From Candidatus Omnitrophota bacterium (GTDB lineage Bacteria; Omnitrophota; Gorgyraeia; 1-14-0-20-64-10), in contig JAHFFE010000004.1 of the NCBI GenBank assembly GCA_023248155.1, positions 4,248 to 68,247 on the forward strand: a stretch of 64,000 bases of DNA. Direction: 5' to 3'. The position numbers were made by a program, and so were the translations under genes. The notes under the pieces were generated by a model. The model was not told where the DNA came from and ran no database searches. It saw nothing but the letters and a program-made list of their open reading frames with translations. Of the stretch, positions 63,101 to 64,000 are shown in pieces. Positions within the stretch are counted from its first letter, which is position 1. Every line of letters begins with the position of its first letter.

Positions 63101-63998
63101 CAGTTTTGGCGTGCAGTCCGCCAGCTTGCGTGACAGCGATTACCTGGCTGCAGCGGATCTGAATCAGGACCGGCGCATTGATGAAAAAGACCAGGCTCTG
63201 TTCCTGGATCAGACCGGCTCAAGCGCCTGGACCCAGGCCCTTGCGATTGGCGCCAAAACCTACACGCTTTACCGCCGTCCGTCCGGCGCCATGCGGCTGG
63301 TGGATGCGGCCGGTACGGTGATTCCGAGCGACGATCAGGGCCGGTTCTTTGTGGTGAGCGGCAAGAAATACTGGATTTCGGGCGCTAAAGATTCGGCGGT
63401 CACGCTGGTGGCCGATCATGCGGCAGATCTCAATAAAGACGGTTTGATCAATGAAGCCGATGATGCTTTTCTGGCCGCTGCTCTGGCCGCGCATCAAGTG
63501 GACACCTTTGCCGAATTGCAGGAATTTGAAGCCTATGAAAAAGCCTCGGATACCGGCGCCAGCATTCATGGCCTTGTTTCGAAAGGAACCAATGCCAGCG
63601 GCGAAGGCGCCATGGGCTTCATGATGGGCTTTGGCGGGGGCGAAGAAGGCAGCCTGATGGCCAACGGCCCCTCGATCAGCTTTGATGAGACTTTGGCGGA
63701 GGCGGGCGATTACCGTATCGGCCTCTCCGCCCGCAGTTTCAGCCACGAGTTTCTGCCGGCCTGGCAGGGCTGGCAGGTGACCGGCGGTTCCAGCAGCGCG
63801 TTTACGCCCGAAGGCGCAATTTCCGTGCAGCCGGGTAATCACTGGTCGAATATGCAAAGCTGGATTGAAATCAATGGTTTGAATTTTGCCGCGGACAACC
63901 GCACGGTCCTGCTGCTGAATATGTTGACCGATGCCGGCAGTTCGGGCCGCGTCTACTTCAAGCGCACGGGCGATACCGCCTGGGATGAAGAACGCAGC
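3..63998 (+). CDS. Giant multidomain surface/secreted Ca2+-binding repeat protein, partial at both ends (>=21,332 aa in window)
   Basis: Frame +3 reads DSGADPAFVIGYDAAGRPES... from base 3 and ...GRVYFKRTGDTAWDEERS at the end. Every segment I translated is stop-free and gives coherent repeat motifs. No + strand ORF in the track starts at a position divisible by 3, as expected if that frame has no stop. The long minus-strand ORFs are in codon register with it. Confidence 0.96.
3141..3530 (+). repeat. Dockerin/EF-hand-like Ca2+-binding loops (4)
   Basis: ADINHDGIVNNYD, RDLNGDGRVDAQD, VDANGDGVVDQAE, VDVDFSGSVGAGD. Confidence 0.8.
3540..4481 (+). repeat. Bacterial TSP3-like Ca2+-binding repeats, block 1 (10 copies)
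   Basis: Consensus DxDxDGxSDxxExxxG[TS][DN]PxxxxD, e.g. DTDADGISDAFELRLGSNPFNASD. Confidence 0.85.
4563..4700 (+). other. DUF4214-like helical motif
   Basis: SIYDLYRTILGRDPKKGELIRDLVDLQSGKITLESLKTQMLSSEEY matches the LYxxxLGRxPxxxxL...LxxG...SxE[FY] pattern. Confidence 0.6.
4869..5285 (+). other. Peptidase C39-like domain with non-canonical triad (Ser at 4902, His at 5163, Glu at 5211)
   Basis: QQSLHFGVSAFTAL...LSAFALQKIAEQAGLKLAGRQAAFEDLSRFNLPAIIHLDGDHFAVLETVNGETVAIREYTGDLFELSKTEFRKHWDGFIM carries the C39 hallmarks LPAIIH, HFxVL and EFxxxWxG. Confidence 0.8.
5310..5345 (+). other. Double-glycine-type leader/cleavage motif LDDAALKLIRGA
   Basis: Hydrophobic residues at -12 (L), -7 (L) and -4 (I) and GA at -2/-1 match the LSxxELxxIxG[GA] consensus. 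It lies about 8 residues after the C39-like domain. Confidence 0.6.
5376..6770 (+). repeat. TSP3-like Ca2+-binding repeats, block 2 (~15 copies)
   Basis: e.g. DLDGDGVSDRDELQLGTNPHDAAD, DSDNDGFSDRYEAAQGTDP, DADGDGWSDTLEMRLGTDPF. Confidence 0.88.
6780..8877 (+). other. Ala-rich all-helical region (~700 aa) containing three ~70-aa repeats and a degenerate fourth
   Basis: Units start at 7173 (LTVEIDPPLAATEAAIAKAREAAFNLAELIPGFD), 7380 (LTVKIQPGSDATEAVVAEAKELVADLAKLIPGFD), 7608 (LTKEIKPGSDATETVIAKAKEAVLDLAELIPNAP) and 8184 (LAQELQPGNPASKAAIAAAAQITAYLTQLTPGFS). Confidence 0.75.
8880..9030 (+). repeat. TSP3-like repeat pair
   Basis: [40 protein letters not shown]. Confidence 0.8.
9072..16110 (+). 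repeat. Uninterrupted tandem array of dockerin/EF-hand-like loop-helix units (~2,350 aa, roughly 70-80 Ca2+ loops)
   Basis: Repeated ADxNxDGxVDxxD plus amphipathic helix, e.g. KADVNGDGVINRDDLEMIEDIRKRLVDMNDDGKVDSTDIERF. Confidence 0.88.
17772..18281 (+). other. ConA/LamG-like (DUF1080-like) beta-sandwich 1
   Basis: GNFDD...GAWRQEG...DWRDIALGADL...AGFRFRVQNDRNYYSV...LHVRLNG...DDSFAAGKIALQS...VKFSNLAL. Confidence 0.75.
20271..20802 (+). other. ConA/LamG-like (DUF1080-like) beta-sandwich 2
   Basis: ENFN...IEDGRL...AGVILRVQDENNF...LKVFVNG...GRLAL...ASFDSLSV. Confidence 0.72.
21810..22790 (+). other. Two tandem ConA/LamG-like (DUF1080-like) domains (3 and 4)
   Basis: QNFETDTTGW...GSWRRIAGQL...GGFIFRL...RFESVRV followed by EDFVLEADL...AGVLF...YHLEIKRSGGLIRVFVN...GGTLSF. 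Confidence 0.7.
25212..26385 (+). repeat. TSP3-like repeats, block 3 (paired type), with a dockerin nested at ~26076-26255
   Basis: [41 protein letters not shown] and similar pairs. Confidence 0.85.
26394..35580 (+). repeat. Higher-order ~250-aa super-repeat: Ca loop-helix / CBM6/35-like sandwich / Ca loop-helix / beta-hairpin module
   Basis: First-loop Asp at 27396, 29325, 30048, 30798, 31560, 32307, 33081, 33855, 34635 and 34983. The regular spacing is 723-780 nt. Confidence 0.8.
35691..36190 (+). other. ConA/LamG-like (DUF1080-like) domain 5
   Basis: SGSWQYDG...NFDLEGRL...AGFYVRYLDANN...YDLKIAARGDVYTVLLDG...INFDGLTL. Confidence 0.7.
36200..44360 (+). repeat. Array of ~65-aa beta-hairpin modules, interrupted by dockerin-like loops (38425-40120, 43185-43520) and a CBM-like domain (39183-39575)
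   Basis: Consensus [VI]x[IL]GGxxYxVxxxxDGx[YF]xFxDGxxxYxSxxxxxxVxLDGxxYxIxxxxxGxIxLxE, e.g. VIAGGVQYRTWYDYTSGVYWFDDGYTVTDSEPLDNTVKLGGLVYQMERNPLTDEIILHQ. Confidence 0.75.
44420..51340 (+). repeat. Second large dockerin/EF-hand-like array, with a CBM-like domain (45230-45600), ConA/LamG-like domain 6 (46270-46845) and two hairpin modules (49800-50240)
   Basis: ADVNKDGILDKKD, ADLNRDHVVNGRD, ADINGDRRISLQD etc. LamG-like segment: ETFDS...SDFTVSTDI...AGLSFRALDAEEYY...FKVFVNG...AYFDNFSV. Confidence 0.8.
51380..62660 (+). repeat. Long beta-hairpin module array with unique inserts and a CBM-like domain (61290-61670)
   Basis: e.g. VLRLGEQIYLASAMGDGRFQFYLDGQPFISQAAAGRVTLGDGLEYHVTAGADGRIQLEQ and SILLDGQIYDILHTGSHRWRFTDAAGLSFDSDAVTMKVTIGTLMYDLVEHADGSV. 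Confidence 0.75.
62673..63998 (+). repeat. Resumption of the split-dockerin/CBM super-repeat (units at 62673 and 63426), running off the window
   Basis: LDVDKNGLADAQD...FTYTFDAPSAGDFMLGL...FDVFVDG...AGTHQFRFVWSN...ADLNQDRRIDEKD, a hairpin module, then ADLNKDGLINEADD. Period 753 nt. Confidence 0.75.
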
Positions 63999-64000
63999 GT

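Noticed and set aside
3-63998. RTX toxin/adhesin assignment
   Set aside because: No tandem GGxGxDxLx nonapeptide repeats were seen; the Ca2+ motifs are dockerin/EF-hand and TSP3 types. The C-terminus, where RTX repeats would lie, is outside the window.
1-64000. Promoters, terminators, tRNA/rRNA, IS elements, frameshifts or stop-codon recoding
   Set aside because: There is no intergenic space. The single frame is continuous under the standard code, and no such elements were recognisable.

Overview
The whole 64 kb window is the interior of one giant protein-coding gene on the + strand. Frame +3 (codons at 3, 6, 9...) is open from base 3 to 63998, giving at least 21,332 codons with neither the N-terminus nor the stop codon in view. 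The supplied ORF track misses it because it has no stop; the ORFs it lists are off-frame or antisense shadows. Hand translation shows a modular, acidic, Ca2+-binding surface or secreted protein. In order it contains: a YD/RHS-like beta-strand repeat region, TSP3-like DxDxDGxSDxxE repeats, a DUF4214-like helix motif, and a C39-peptidase-like domain with Ser-His-Glu at the usual Cys-His-Asp positions, followed directly by a double-glycine-type leader motif (LDDAALKLIRGA). After that come an Ala-rich helical insert, very long chains of dockerin/EF-hand-like loops, about 18 CBM6/35-like beta-sandwiches (many inserted inside split dockerins), 6 ConA/LamG (DUF1080-like) domains, and dozens of copies of an unrecognised ~65-aa beta-hairpin module. 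The architecture resembles the giant proteins reported from Omnitrophota, but taxonomy cannot be established from this window. Domain names come from by-eye motif recognition, not database searches. No RNA genes, CRISPR arrays, mobile elements or intergenic DNA were found.
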